Of a stretch of 64,000 bases of DNA, positions 52,373 to 64,000 are shown one piece after another. The notes under the pieces were generated by a model, which ran no database searches, was not told where the DNA came from, and worked only from the letters and a program-made list of their open reading frames with translations. Position 1 is the stretch's first letter, and each line of letters begins with the position of its first letter. The position numbers and the translations under genes are program-made. The stretch comes from Hemiscyllium ocellatum (lineage: Eukaryota), in assembly GCF_020745735.1 (NCBI RefSeq), contig NC_083406.1:74625164-74689163 (forward strand), in the 5' to 3' direction.

Positions 52373-52452
52373 GACAGAGAGAAGAAAACACCTATGTAAC
52401 TAGTTGTCCTCTCATCCACAACTAGTTACATAGGTGTTTTCTTCTCTCTGTC
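52373..52452. repeat. Perfect 35-bp inverted repeat with 10-nt spacer
   Basis: gacagagagaagaaaacacctatgtaactagttgt-cctctcatcc-acaactagttacataggtgttttcttctctctgtc. Confidence 0.97.
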
Positions 52453-54852
52453 TCTCTTTTGAAATGGGCTGTAGTTTATTTCCTCAAAACTCTCTGTTTG
52501 TGGAATCTAATTTTAAAGTGACCCACAGCAATTTCTCTTTTGGGTTAAACATAAATACAGATTATTCAAGCATTCAAGCCTGGGGATAATTATCCCAATA
52601 AACACACATTTTTCAATCAAATACAAGGTTTATTTTAGAGTTAGGAAGTTTTAGGTGAACAAAAGGAAAGCTAAGCCGTGTCTGGAGCATGAGTGTGGTG
52701 TCACCAGTTAGATTCTTAACAGACTGACTCAATATTTACAACAGATTGCTTTTTATCAGCTGGAGGTGAGGTTTCAGAAATGCTAAAATGTAAACAATGT
52801 TTTTAAAAAAAGTTTTTCTTCAAAGAATGCGACAAATAATTTAGATAATGGAGCAGTTTCTAAGCTAGATGGTGGGCTGTTAGCATCTTTTTAGGCATAA
52901 TGAATTTTGATTGCTCTCTCTGTTTATCAGACCCTGCTCGGGGAGAGAATATTATCTACTGCTTATTTATGCCTCTTGACTCAAAAATCCCCACATTGCA
53001 AAGAGCTGATTTGAGGAGGATGATGTCTGAGCTCTGTCCTGATAATTGCTAATTGGAACTTTCCAGAAATTGTAGTCAACTTCCATCATGTGATTGGCAA
53101 TCTTGTTTTAAGATAGCCAAGTCCATTTTAAAATTCACCAAGAGAACATTTATGATCTCTCGGGTTTTGTGGATTTGATAACTGTCATTGAGATTATAGA
53201 AAGCAAACTAAAGAGAATAAAAGTACTGACTTGACATTGCCGAGGTACTTCAAAATCATGGGATTGCTCTATATTGTTTCTGCATAACAGAAGATTTTTT
53301 CAAAGTGAAATGAAGTGGAAAGGGAAATATAATAAAACATGTCAGCTTTGGCATCCATTATAATGTAGTTCAAGATACTGCAAATTTGCTTACAATGCAT
53401 GGGTTCTCGTATCCCTGATACAGGTAAATCTTTACTTAAATCTTAAATTTGCTTGTTAAAACTTGGAATTTAGTTCAGCAATTATATGGTCCAAATATGA
53501 TATGGTTTGACATTTTGGACCATAATTTTTGAATTACATCAGACTTCCATTCCATCATGTTTAGCTCCTTGTTTGCTTGCAACAGTGTTCCATTCATAAT
53601 GCAATACTAACTTAATGTTTTTATTATGATGTTATATTACCAAGCAAAATAGCATATTGGTGGCATTTATGCTGACATGACTTTGATAACATTACAGATT
53701 TAGTTGTTGGGAAATTAAAATCAATTGCAAACCATCCTTAATCCAACCAAAGAAACTCTTATCCTGCATACAAGTAAATTTCACTTGTATTTATTTTTCT
53801 CAATTATCTTCTATATATACAGAAAAGAATATCTTAGTGTACCTTAATTATAACTTGCCAGTGGATTCTTACTCTCAATATTCACTTGTAGTGATTTATT
53901 TCCATGTATTCTGCTCTGCTTCAGTCGCCTTCCTCAAATTGATGCTTGTACAATCTTCCAATATCTTAAGATACTTATTCTGAGTTTCTATTTATGAATC
54001 AGACTGGATGTAGTCAGACATTTTGAAATAGAATTAAGCCTGTCATATTTTCTCCAGTAATCTAAAGTACCAAATTGGATCAGATTTCTTAAATTACAAT
54101 TTTTGGTAGTTTGTGATTACTTACAATCATGTTCCCAAAAATTATTCTATAGCATAAGAGTTATGAAGATATTCGTAAATGTTAGCTTTCAAAAACAATT
54201 TACTGTTTTATAAAATTGCTATGGGTTCCTTAAGTCTCTATACATCCACATAATTTACAAGTGGTCTTTCTGCATCAACTTTCTCCTTTATTATTGGTAA
54301 ATCTGTAGATCTGTTCACAGTAAATACCAATAAAGTTAATATTTAAGTCTGTTAAATAAGAATGGATTTAAAATTAGACAATTGTAAGTGATGTTCCTTC
54401 TCTTTAATATACCTGCTTCATTTCTTTTCTGTGTACCCAAAGTCCATGCTAAGTTTTGCAGACAGCAGGCAACCTGCATTGCCTTCCTCAGGTGATAATT
54501 CTATGTTTGTCTAAATATCAATTCTTTTCAAGTTACTTGACCATAGCGGAAAGCACTACGGCTGACCCCAATCCCATTCTTATAAGTGCACTTTCAGTAA
54601 GTTCACTGGATATTAATCAGATATTGATTAATCTCAGCAATAATTCTGGTTATTGACATTTTCTCTCCCTATTTAAGAATCATGGTCTATTGTCTCACCT
54701 GTGCTAAAATCATAGATTGGAGAATAAAGCAAAGAATATCTAGTTTCTGTATTTCAGCAGCATGCCAAATTATGGCTTCCTAAACCATCATAACCCAGTA
54801 GTTTTATGGTTGTCAGCTCCGAGAAGCAATGGATGCTGTGGAGCTCTGAAGG

Positions 54853-55008
54853 CTGAGTACTAAAAGCTACATGGCCAATTTAAATTGTCAGATTTATTTT
54901 TAAAATAGATGTGATCTACTCATCTGAATACTAAGGCCTGAGTACTAAAAGCTAAATGGCCAATTTAAATTGTCAGATTGTCTTTAAAGTAGCTGTGACT
55001 ACTCAGCT
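54853..55008. repeat. Tandem duplication, two ~85-bp units
   Basis: ctgagtactaaaagcta(c/a)atggccaatttaaattgtcagatt starts at 54853 and 54938. Confidence 0.9.
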
Positions 55009-55470
55009 AAACCTTGAGGCTTGAATGTTGTGTGAAAAAAAACTGGAGTTGCCTCCTTGCACCTGTCTCACAGATCTCTACTCCTGTCACAACAATCCCA
55101 GAAATCATGCTAGTGTCAAGCCCAACTCGGGTTACAACAGGAAAGATTTGGAAACCATTGCTCAATATTATTCTGGGCCACTGAAAGACCCATTGCAGCA
55201 ATGGTTAAGACATTCACATTCATTATTTAAAACAGATGTTGCTGGAGAAATTCTGGCAGTGTCTGTGGAGAGAAAGCAGAGGTAATGTTTTGGGTTCAGT
55301 GACCCTTGTTCCCATCTGCTTAATTTCTCCAGCAATTTCTGTTTTTGTTTGTTTAGATCTCTTGCATCCACAGTTCTTTGTTTTGTTATCCCATTCATTT
55401 AGCCTTGCCCACAGCCAGAAGTCATAACTGGTGAAGCAAATATTGTATCCTTGCATTCATGCTCCAATCA

Positions 55471-55801
55471 GCAAATGGGATTTATTTGCTGGCTGACAAA
55501 GTTTAACTTTTAAAACAGGATGCAATCAGAAAAAAAAAGCAATAGCAAATACTACAATGCTGAAGCAAGTTGGTTGACAGCAATGAGGTATCTATTCATT
55601 CCAAAACAAGGAATATTTTATGCTACCCTCTTCAAGGCTAGCCCTTTTCCATTTTGCATTGACTGTCCCAACTTTGGGTCATTAAAACTATAATTGAAAA
55701 TTATATAGTTGTTTCTTTCTTCAGTAAACATAGTCATTGTGAGCAATGCCTCAGTAGACTCACTAATACATTTTGTCAGCCAGCAAATAAATCCCATTTG
55801 C
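55471..55801. repeat. 30-bp perfect inverted repeats bracketing 271 bp (MITE-like or inversion footprint)
   Basis: gcaaatgggatttatttgctggctgacaaa (55471-55500) / tttgtcagccagcaaataaatcccatttgc (55772-55801). Confidence 0.9.
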
Positions 55802-55904
55802 ACTCATTATTAGTGCAAAACAGGTCCCATGTAAGCAAGTTGATCAGATCATATGACAACAAAGCTTACAATAACTCTTGGCATCTCGGTGATCTCTCTA
55901 ATTT

Positions 55905-57885
55905 CTTATCATTTAGGTAATTTTTTTTATTCCTGTTGAAATGGATTATTTCACATTTCACTCATTATACTATCTTTGCCACATTTTTGTCTACTCAGTT
56001 AACCATCTATATCTTTCTGTAGTCTCCTTTACGCTCTTCACAATTTACCTTCCTTAATAACTTTGTGTTACGAGCAAATTTGACATCCATACTTTCTATC
56101 CTTCATCTAAGTCATTTATATAAATTGTAAACAGTTGAGGTTCCAGTATCGATCCCTGTGACATACCACTTGTTACATTTTGCCAAATTGAAAAAAATCT
56201 ATTCAAGTCCATTCTCTTATCCTTGTTAGCCAATCTTCTATCCATGCCAACATGTTATTCTCAACACCATGAGCTCTTATTTTCTGCAAAAATATTTGAT
56301 GTGGCACCTTATCAAATGCTTTCTGAAAATCTGTGTACACGACATCCACTGGTTCCTGTTACTTCCTCAATAAATCGGTTAAATATCCTTTCCCTCTCAT
56401 AAAACTGTTGTTGACTCTGCTTGATGACCTTAACCTTTTCCAAGTGCCCTGCTAAATTTTTTAAGTAATAATTTCTAACATTGAGCCATAAAGATGTACA
56501 GCACGGAAACAGACCCTTCAGTCTAACCCACCCATGCCAACCAGATTCCCAACTCAATCTAGTCCCACCTGGCCCATATCCCTCCAAACCCTTCCTATTC
56601 ATATACCCATCCAAATGCCTTTTAAATGCCTCCACCTCTGGCAACTCATTTCATACACGTACCACCCTCTGTGTGAAAAGGTTGCCCCTTAAGTCTCTTT
56701 TTATATCTTTCCCCTCTCACCCTAAACCTATGCCCTCTAATTCTGAACTCCCCCACCTCAGGGAAATGACTTTATCTATTTATCCTAACCATGCCCCTCA
56801 TGATTTTGTAAACCTCTATAAGGTCACCCCTCAGCCTCCGATGTTCCAGGGAAAACAGCCCCAGCCTGTTCAGCCTCTCCTCAAATCCTCCAACCCTGGC
56901 AACATCCTTGTAAATCTTTTCTGAACCCTTTCAAGTTTCACAACATCTTTCCGATAGGAAGGAGACCAGAATTGCATGCAATATTCCAACAGTGGCCTAA
57001 CCAATGTCCTGTACAGGTGCAACATGATCGCCCAATGTCTGTACTCAGTACTCTGACCAATAAAGGAAAGCATACCAAATGCCTTTTTCACTATCTTATC
57101 TATCTGTGACTCCACTTTCAAGGAGCTATGAACCTGCACTCCAAGGTCTCTTTGTTTGGCAACACTCCCAAGGACCTTACCATTAAGTGCATAAGTCCTG
57201 CTAAGATTGCTTTCCCAAAATGCAGCACCTCGCATTTATCTGAATTAAACTCCATCTGTCGCTTCTTAGTCCATTGGCCCATCTGAGCAAGATCCCATTG
57301 TAATCTGAGGTAACCTTCTTCACTGTCCACTACACCTCCAAATTTGGTGTCATCAGCAATCTTATTAATTATACCTTTGATGCTTACATCCAAATCATTT
57401 ATATAAATGATGAAAGAAGTGGACCCAGCACCGATCCTTGTGGCACTCCACTGATCAGAGGCCTCCAGTCTGAAAAACAACCCAACACCATCCTCTGTCT
57501 TCTACCTTAGAGCCAGTTCTGTATTCAAATGGCCAGTTCTCCCTGTATTCCATGAGATCTAACCTACCTAAACAGTCTCCCATGGGGAACCTTGCCGAAC
57601 GCCTTACTGAAGTCCATATAGATCACATCTACCCCTCTGCTTTCATCAATCCTCTATGTTTCTTCTTCAAAAAACTCAATCAAGTTTACGAGACACGATT
57701 TCCCACTCACAAATCCATGCTGACTATCCCTAAACAGTCCAAAATACATGTACATACTGACCCCCAGGATTCCCTCCAACAACTTGCCCACAACCGGCAT
57801 CAGGCTCACTGGTCTATAGTTCCCTAGCTTGTCCTTACCATCTTTCTTAAACAGTGGCACCATGTTAGCCAACCTCCAGTCTTCT
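55905..57885 (-). mobile_element. Two abutting/nested CR1-group LINE fragments (older ~55905-56480, younger ~56480-57885)
   Basis: PLFKKDGKDKLGNYRPVSL, QHGFVSGKSCLVNLIEFFEE, IADDTKFGG, LVRPLLEYCMQFWSP. Confidence 0.9.
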
Positions 57886-58779
57886 GTCCAAGAATTTGTT
57901 CAAGATTACTTCCCTAGTGATTGTAATTTTCTTGAGTTACTCCCTTACTTTCATTTGCTCACACTAAAGTGTACAACTTCCACATTTTTACAGTAAAACT
58001 GCAGCTACTATAGTTCTTCCATCATTCAATATCTGTTACAGTTTTTGCAATTCACTGTGAGCCCAAAAACTAAAAAAAATCACTTTACTGCTTTGCCATA
58101 ATTACGGTAGTGATTATACACATGATCCATTCTTGATCATGTCAAAAACCCTAGCAATATGTAATTTGTCTCATGGCCCAAAGTGCCAGCTAACACTACC
58201 CAAAAGGAGTTACAGGATCAGTTGGTGGCACCTTTGTTTATGCAAACATGGAGCCCTCCTGGCCTTGAAGAAATTCAATATCTATGTTACTGGCATGGTA
58301 ATGTCTGTAAACCTAGGCATGCTCTCTTCTACTCCAAAATCTAGACTGTGAAAGTGAAAAACTGAGACTTAATGAATTCAAGGCAATACCACTTGTCTGC
58401 TAATCTTAGGATACCTCTTTTAACTCAAATCTATCTCCCACCTCTGATCTAAGTTTCTATAAAAGCAACTGGGTTAACTCCAAATTCTGATTTATAATCC
58501 TATAAAGATCTTTTCAAATATCTTTTGAACATCTGTACATGCGTCACACATTGATTTTCCTCCTGTTCCACCTCCATTATACATCATCTCAGTGAATCTA
58601 TTCCATTAATTAAAAAATGGCCCAATTGTCATAAACCAAGCTGAATTGTCCTAATCATTTTATATTAGATTGTGATGTCTTTTATTTGGGTTTATAGTTT
58701 GCAAAGGAAATAGTGCAATGGTCCAGAGAAGGGGCCAGAGTAATTAATGTTATTTGATTTTAAGAGCAATCGAAGTGTT

Positions 58780-60700
58780 TAAAGCACGAAAGAATGGAAG
58801 GTGAGCTCAAGGTCATGGTGTGCTCCTCCTGCCAGTCTGCCCTTCCGAAAAACTGAATCACCTGGGATCAGAATGTATACAGGAAGTGACTCCAGCTGCA
58901 ACTCCTGGAACCTTGACTTTTGAAACTGCAGCAGTGGCTGGGGATATGTGGATCATTTGTGAGTCTGAGTATTGTGGATAGCACATACAATGAGGTGGTC
59001 ATTCAACAAGGGAAAATTCCACAGACAGGGAGGGAATGGATTATCACCAGGAAAAGAAAAAGGATGAGACAGACAGTGCAGGAGTTCCCTGTAGCTATTC
59101 CCCTACAAAAATAGATATACAACTTTCTATGCAAAGTCACAACACCCAATTTTAATGCATCAAGGTTAGTTCTGCTGCACAGGAGAAGATAAATAATTGT
59201 GAGAAAGCTACAGTAATAAGGGATGCAGTCTTAAGGGGAATAGACAGATGTTTCTGTGGTCACAAATGAAGACTCCAGGATGGAATATTGCCTCCCAGGT
59301 CAAGAATATCTCAGAGCAGCTACAGGACATTCTGGAATGGGAGGGAGAACAGCCAGTAGTCATAGTACACATTGGTACCAATTACCTATGTAAAAAAAGG
59401 AAATGAGGTCCTAAAAGAAAAAAAAATGGAAGTTAAAAATTGGGCTTCAAAGGTTAAGAACTGAATTCCAGGGGGATTCAGTTTTTAGGAAGGGCAGACA
59501 AAGAGAAAAAGGAGGTGGGTTATCATTGCTGGTTAAAGAGAATATTAATGCAATAGTGAGGAAAAATATTAGCTCTGATGAAATGGAATCTGAATGGATG
59601 GAACACCAAGGAGCAGCAAATAATAGTAGGAATTGTATCCAGATCACCAAATTGTAATCATAATGGTAGGGAAAGCATTAAACAGGAACCTAGAGACATA
59701 AGACTAAAGTTACAGCTGTAATAATGGGCAATTTCTTCATATAGATCGAACAAATCAAACCAGTAACAATACTGTCGAGGAGGAATTGGTGGAGTGTGTA
59801 CGGAATGGTTTTCTGGATCAATATGTTGAGGAACCAACTAGAGAACAAGCCATCCAATACTGGATATTGAGTAATGAGAAAGGATGAATTGGCAGTCTCG
59901 CTGTGGGCCCTTGGTGAAGAATGATCATAGTGTGTAGAACGTAGGTAGAGCATAGTGTAGTTGATTCTGAGACTAGGATCCCAAATTTAAATAAAGGAAG
60001 CTACAATGATATGAGGTGTGAATTGGCTTTGATAAATTGGGGAACATTACTTAAAGGGATGGTGGTAGACAGACAATGGAAATCATTTAAAGAGCATATG
60101 GAGAAACTGTAACAATTGTTTATTCTTGTCTGGCACAAAAATAAAATGGAAAAGGTGTTCCAACCATGGTTAGTCAGGAAAATTGGGGATACGTTAAGGT
60201 TCAAGGAAGGGCATACAATTTGACTAAAGACAGCAGTAGATCAGAGGACTGGGAGCAATTTAGATTTCAGCAAAAGAGGACAGGAAGATTTATTAAGATG
60301 GAGAAAATCGAGTACAAGAGTATGCTTGCAAGGAACATACAAATTGATTGTAAAAGCTTCTATAGAGAAAACGATTAATGAAGACAAATGTACGTCCTTT
60401 GCAGTCAGAAACAAAGGAAGTTATCATAGGGAACAAAGAGAGGGCAAACCAATTAAATATAATTAAAACCAAAAGAGTTTCAGGTGCTGGAAACCTGAAA
60501 CAAAAAAAAACCTGAAAAATCTCAGCAGAAGAAGTTCTGAAGAAGGGTCACTGGACCTGAAACGTTAACTCTTGTTTCTCTCTACAGATGCTGCCAGACT
60601 TGAGATTTTACAGCAATTTCTGCAACTAAATACACAATTAGATTCTGTCTTCACAAAATAGCATATAAGTGACATCACAAACATTTTTAGGAACACAGGT
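58780..60700 (+). mobile_element. Decayed 5' portion of a CR1 LINE (ORF1 esterase-like region, APE endonuclease, linker)
   Basis: RGIDRCFCG..DSRMEYCLPG..VHIGTN (ORF1 SGNH-like); KGGGLSLLVKE, FLDQYVEEPTREQAI (APE). Confidence 0.8.
60533..60570 (+). ncRNA. Minimal type I hammerhead ribozyme motif in a short PLE-derived insert (~60465-60622)
   Basis: agtt-CTGAAGA-A-GGGTC-actg-GACCT-GAAA-CGT-T-aact; imperfect TSD caattaaatata/caactaaataca. Confidence 0.7.
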
Positions 60701-60726
60701 CTATTCTTCATCTTTATTTTTCTACA

Positions 60727-61232
60727 GTGTCATTTACAAAATACCATGCAAGAACTGTAACAAATACTACCTCGGACAGACAGGCAGAAAACTCGCCACC
60801 AAGCTATATGAACATCAACTCACCACTAAAAGACATGACCCACTACCACTAGTATCGTTATATACAGACGAAGAAGGACACCACTTTGACTGGGCCAACA
60901 CATCCATCCTAAGACAGGCTAAATAGAGACACACACGGGAATTCCTAGAGGCCTGGCATTCAAACTGGAACTCCATCAATAAACACATCGATTTGGAAAC
61001 CATTTGCCAACCTCTGAGACAAAGAACCGGAAATAATATCACCCACTTTAAGTGGCCTAGACACATAAATAGAATGCAGGACATAATACCAGCGCTTCAC
61101 CGAAGGGTCGCTGATGATGTTATCTAGCATGGTGACGAAACATCTGAAAACAAAACTTCCAGCTCAGCGAGCAAACTTACAATCTGAACCTCAACCTGAG
61201 CTACAAATCTTCTCAAAAATTGCAATTGTACA
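60727..61232 (+). mobile_element. Penelope-like element 3' part of another family: GIY-YIG endonuclease and hammerhead motif
   Basis: VIYKIPCKNCNKYYLGQTGRKLATKLYEH...REFLEAWHS..SINKH; tcg-CTGATGA-T-GTTATC-tagcat-GGTGAC-GAAA-C-ATC-tga at 61108-61147. Confidence 0.9.
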
Positions 61233-62379
61233 TGGTCTTGGCCCTGAACAAACTCTTGCGAAACTCAAGCAGCTTTTTAAAGGAGACGTTCTGAAGTCGG
61301 ATCAATGAACTTGAAATGTTAACTATTTCGCTCCATGGAAGTTGCCAGACCTGTTGTGTTTCCCCAGAAATTTCTGCTTTTATTTTCAAGGAGACGTACA
61401 GTTCAACAAATTGGATTTAAATTTGGTAGCACTACATGATTCTTGGAGAATCGTCCACAGTACTGGAATGTCCATGCAGTCTGAGGTCAGGTCCACACCA
61501 CCTGCTTTATTTTAAAATATACTTTATTCATAAAAGTATAGAATCTCTATAGTGTTGGAACAGGCCATTTGGCCCAACAAGTCCCCACTGACACTCCGAA
61601 GAGTATCCCACCCAGACCCATTCCCTTATCTTATTATTTTACATTTTAATGCACCTAACCTGATGGCAGCAGTGCTAACCACTGAGCCACTATGTCACCC
61701 ACAGTATCTTTGTATCCTGTTGTGATTGGAACCAGGGCCAGGTGGATCTCATTGACTATGAGATCCTTGATTGGAGTTGTTAAGCTGGGCTAATTGGGAA
61801 GCCCCGGCTGACAGATATAACAAGATATGCAGACTCTGCTCAGTGTAAGGACTGGCTGGTTAGAGTCAATGAATTGTAAGTAAAGGGAGGCTTAGTGACA
61901 GTGTATTTGTGCAGTTATTTCGTGTATATACATACACACTAAAGAAGTTCAGCTTGTACTTATACAAACCTATATCTGCATATATTTGAGACACGAAAGG
62001 GTCTGATAACGGCACGAACCCTCCATTCCACCTCACTGCAGCCAGTTTTATCAACCTTTTTGTGCGTGGTGGTGTATATAATTGGCTGAATATGAAGCAT
62101 TCCGTGTACACAACTCGCCCAAAGTGGTGGTGTCATAAAAACACACTGTTAACCTTCACCAGGCAAACAATTAGCAGCTTCACAAGTCGGATCTGGGAAG
62201 AAAGATAGGTTTTAAAGCTAGCCGTCTGACACCCTCTCCTGAAAATATACCGTAAACCATACTGGTTCCAGCTACACAATAGAACAACCAGCAGGGCTGG
62301 CCAAATATTAACATCTGATTAATATGTAAAAACCATCCTATGAAATACCCTCCACTAGTCGACTGACTGACAAGACTGA

Positions 62380-63100
62380 GCTTATAAAATCGAGATCCTC
62401 TCTTCCAGCAGCCAACCAGCCGGCTGGTGGAAGGAGCCTCATTGGATGGTTGGGGAATTTACATTATTAATCAGATTTCGGCCTGCCCTACTGATTTTTT
62501 TTGTTTGCAGCTAGAAGGAAGTTCGCCCGACGCTGTCTGAGAAGGGTTGAGGTTTTGGCGCTGAGCGGATCGCTTGGTGTTTGTTGTTTTCGGGATCAGT
62601 CGGTGAGTGTGGCGGCGGGGAACGGTCGAACAGAGGGGGTCGGTGGCGGAGAAGGAGAGGGGGGACGTTCTGGAGCGAACGATCACGGTGCTCGCCCAGC
62701 AAGGCTCCGACGTCCGTGTCTTACCCGATGCCTGGGCCCATCGGTTTTCCTTCGATTTCTCGATTGTCAGTTGACCCCTCCCCCTCCCCCGGAATTGGGG
62801 ATCGGATCGGACCGGCCTGGACTGGTGGTCGGTGACGCGGGGAGCGAGAGGTTTAAGTTGTTTGTATGTGTGTGTGTGTGTGTGTGCGCGCGCGCGCGGC
62901 AGGATGGTGTTCGCTCGTTAAAGTCCCTTAACCAGCAACATGGCGGCCTGCCGTCATTCGCCTTGTGACCGAAGCGTTTGCTTCAAGCGCGGTTGAAAAG
63001 GTGAAGCGCGCGCGCGCGCGCGCGGCTGCAGCTAACGGTCGTCAGCCGCGTTGTTGTTAAATTGCCCAACCTACTGGGCTCGTACAGACAGGATCACGGT
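62380..63100 (+). promoter_or_regulatory. CpG island/promoter and first intron of an unidentified downstream gene
   Basis: Abrupt CpG enrichment; inverted CCAAT 62441; donor CG|GTGAGT at 62602/62603; YY1 consensus CAACATGGCGGC 62936-62947; (TG)n(CG)n 62867-62898 and (CG)9 63007-63024. Confidence 0.8.
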
Positions 63101-63599
63101 AAAGGCTCAACTCTGGGGGTGGTAAGAGGAGCGAAGTTGTGACGCCAAATTCGGGTCTAAATACCATCAGGTTAGCACTACCTGAAATCTGCACAAAATG
63201 GTTGCCCCAGTCTCAGTGATATCATGGGACCTGGAGGGAAGGAATATATTCCCACTGGAAGCGTGAGATTCCTTGATACAAGGAACAGTTCGTCTGAGCA
63301 TTTTCATTAATATATGGCCTCTGTTTGAGCCAGTTCATTGCCATTCAAAACCTTGACTGAGCAGACTGCTTGTTTTGTGCGAGCAGAAGACGTGGGTGAA
63401 ATTTTAAAGCCTTATATACTAAGATGGAAGACTGAAGGAGCTGAATTCTCCAATATATGCTGGAAGAAAAAGTGAGCTTAGTATAGGAGATCGTGCACCG
63501 ATGTTTTATTTCTATTTTTAAAACTTGGGTTGGTGGAACAGTGTATTTAGAAAGAGGAAAATCCTGAGGATAATTTCAGAGTACTGGCAGTTGTTGATG

Positions 63600-64000
63600 T
63601 AGAGATAACGTAAAGTTGGACAGCAGAGAAATAGAGCCTTTGGTCTAACTCGTCCATGCTGACTAGATATCCTAAATTAGTCTAGTTCCATTTGCCAGCA
63701 TTTAGCCCATAACCCCCCTCAGTCCTTCCTTTTCATGGACCCATCCAGATGCCTTTTAAATGTTATACCAACCTCCACTTCTGGCAGCTCATTCCATATA
63801 CACACCACCCTCTGAATGAAAAAGTTACTCCTTGAGTCTCTTTTAAATCTTGCCCTGCTCACCTTAAACTTATGCCCTCTAGTTTTGGACTCCCCTATCC
63901 TGTGGAAAAGACCTTGGTTGTTTACCTATCCATGCCCTCCTCAGCCTCCAACACTCCAGGGAAAATAGCTCCAACCTATTCAGCCTCTCCCAATAGCTCA
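63600..64000 (-). mobile_element. CR1-group LINE 3' end
   Basis: Closely similar to 17408-17750 and 56480-56880. Confidence 0.85.

Noticed and set aside
62719-62741. Minus-strand ATG GGC CCA GGC ATC GG|GTAAGA as a first coding exon
   Set aside because: Good donor, but the peptide MGPGIG is unrecognisable and no downstream minus-strand exons were found; could be chance or a lncRNA
62501-62968. 155-aa ORF in the CpG island
   Set aside because: TTG start; runs through a splice donor and a microsatellite; no domain

Overview
Vertebrate genomic DNA, almost certainly a shark or related cartilaginous fish (HE1/V-SINE-type SINEs with (AATCT)n-like tails, abundant CR1-group LINEs, Penelope-like elements, Harbinger-type Myb/SANT remnants). 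The left end holds a head-to-head gene pair: an intronless ankyrin-repeat gene SOWAHC (+, true AUG 3619, 661 aa) and the 30-nt first coding exon (MASADIVRQM|gtgag) of a SEPT6-group septin, most likely SEPTIN10 (-). They share a ~0.7-kb promoter region with ETS and CCAAT motifs. About 57 kb of repeat-dominated sequence follows, with no recognisable host exons. A second CpG island/promoter of an unidentified + strand gene lies at ~62.4-63.1 kb (non-coding exon, YY1 site, Z-DNA tracts). The most interesting signal is in the repeats: at least four Penelope-like element (PLE) families, and their short, often palindromic, TSD-flanked non-autonomous derivatives, carry minimal type I hammerhead-ribozyme motifs (CUGANGA-stem II-GAAA-palindromic stem III-NUH). 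Their stems differ in sequence but all still pair, several copies look intact, and others are hit at CpG sites. Also seen: a Gypsy remnant with a Gmr1-like layout, a perfect 35-bp hairpin, 30-bp perfect inverted repeats and a candidate septin micro-exon. Repeat boundaries are approximate and read by eye.
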